From positions 115,754,001 through 115,818,000 of the forward strand of contig OX597814.1 of assembly GCA_951406725.2 (NCBI GenBank): 64,000 bases of DNA. Direction: 5' to 3'. Positions 63,085 through 64,000 of the stretch are shown piece after piece. The stretch is from Octopus vulgaris (Eukaryota). Made by a program: the position numbers and the translations under genes. How positions within the stretch are numbered: the first letter of the stretch is position 1; every line of letters starts with the position of its first letter. The notes beneath the pieces were generated by a model, which was not told the origin of the DNA, searched no databases, and was given only the letters and a program-made list of their open reading frames with translations.

Positions 63085-63470
63085 TGTGTGTATGTATGTA
63101 TGTATTTATGTATGTATGTATGTATGTATTTATGTATGTATGTATTTATGTGTGTATGTAAGTATGTATGTATGTATTTCTGTATGTATGAATGTGTGTA
63201 TGTATGTATGTATGTATGTATGTATGTATGTATGTATGTATGTATGTATGTATGTATGTATGTGTGTATGTATGTGTGTATGATGTATGTATGTATGTAT
63301 GTATGATGTATGTATGTATGTATGTATGTATGTATGTATGTATGTATGTATGTATGTATGTATGTATGTATGTATGTATGTATGTATGTATGTATGTATG
63401 TATGTATGTATGTATGTATGTATGTATGTGTATGTATGTATGTATGTATGTATGTATGTATGTATGTATG

Positions 63471-63504
<34 letters not shown>

Positions 63505-63606
63505 TGTATTTATTTATGTATGTATGTATGTATGTATTTATGTATATATGTATTTATGTATATATGTATGTATGTATTTATGTATATATGTATGTATGTA
63601 TTTATG

Positions 63607-63640
<34 letters not shown>

Positions 63641-64000
63641 TGTATGTATGTATGTATGTATTTATGTATATATGTATGTATGTATTTATGTATGTATGTA
63701 TGTATGTATGTATGTATGTATATATTTATGTATGTATGTATGTATGTATGTATGTATGTATGTATGTATGTATGTATGTATGTATGTATGCATGTATGTA
63801 TGTATGCATGTATGTATGCATGTATGTATGCATGTATGTATGTATGTATGTATGATGTATATATGTATGTATGTATGTATTTGTGTGTATGTATGTATTT
63901 ATGTATGTATGTGCGTACGTACGTACGTACGTATGTATGTATGTATGTATGTATGTATGTATGTATGTATGATGTTATGTATGTACGTATTTATGTATGT
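63085..64000. repeat. (ATGT)n microsatellite
   Basis: Direct inspection. Confidence 0.97.

Overview
AT-rich animal genomic DNA, probably a coleoid cephalopod (octopus; inferred from the SINE/MITE repertoire and microsatellite load). It contains one well-supported spliced gene, a KLHDC8-type kelch-repeat protein on the minus strand (5 coding exons, 26046 to 12997, 341 aa). It also contains two paralogous intronless ORFs (53661-54209, 61898-62437) encoding Arg/Lys/Ser-rich N-halves and acidic C-halves, behind a conserved CRE-containing promoter; these are candidate sperm/spermatid nuclear basic proteins. Most of the rest is mobile DNA: several tRNA-SINE families, RTE, CR1/L2-group, Tx1/L1 and CRE-like LINE fragments, piggyBac, Merlin, Tc1/mariner, hAT and Helentron-like non-autonomous elements, and solo LTRs. 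The most striking non-coding signal is a near-identical 352-bp tandem-plus-inverted repeat (17191-18160) in a KLHDC8 intron that carries type I hammerhead ribozyme motifs (retrozyme or Penelope pseudo-LTR-like), with further decayed hammerhead-like motifs nearby. All calls were made by eye, without database searches.
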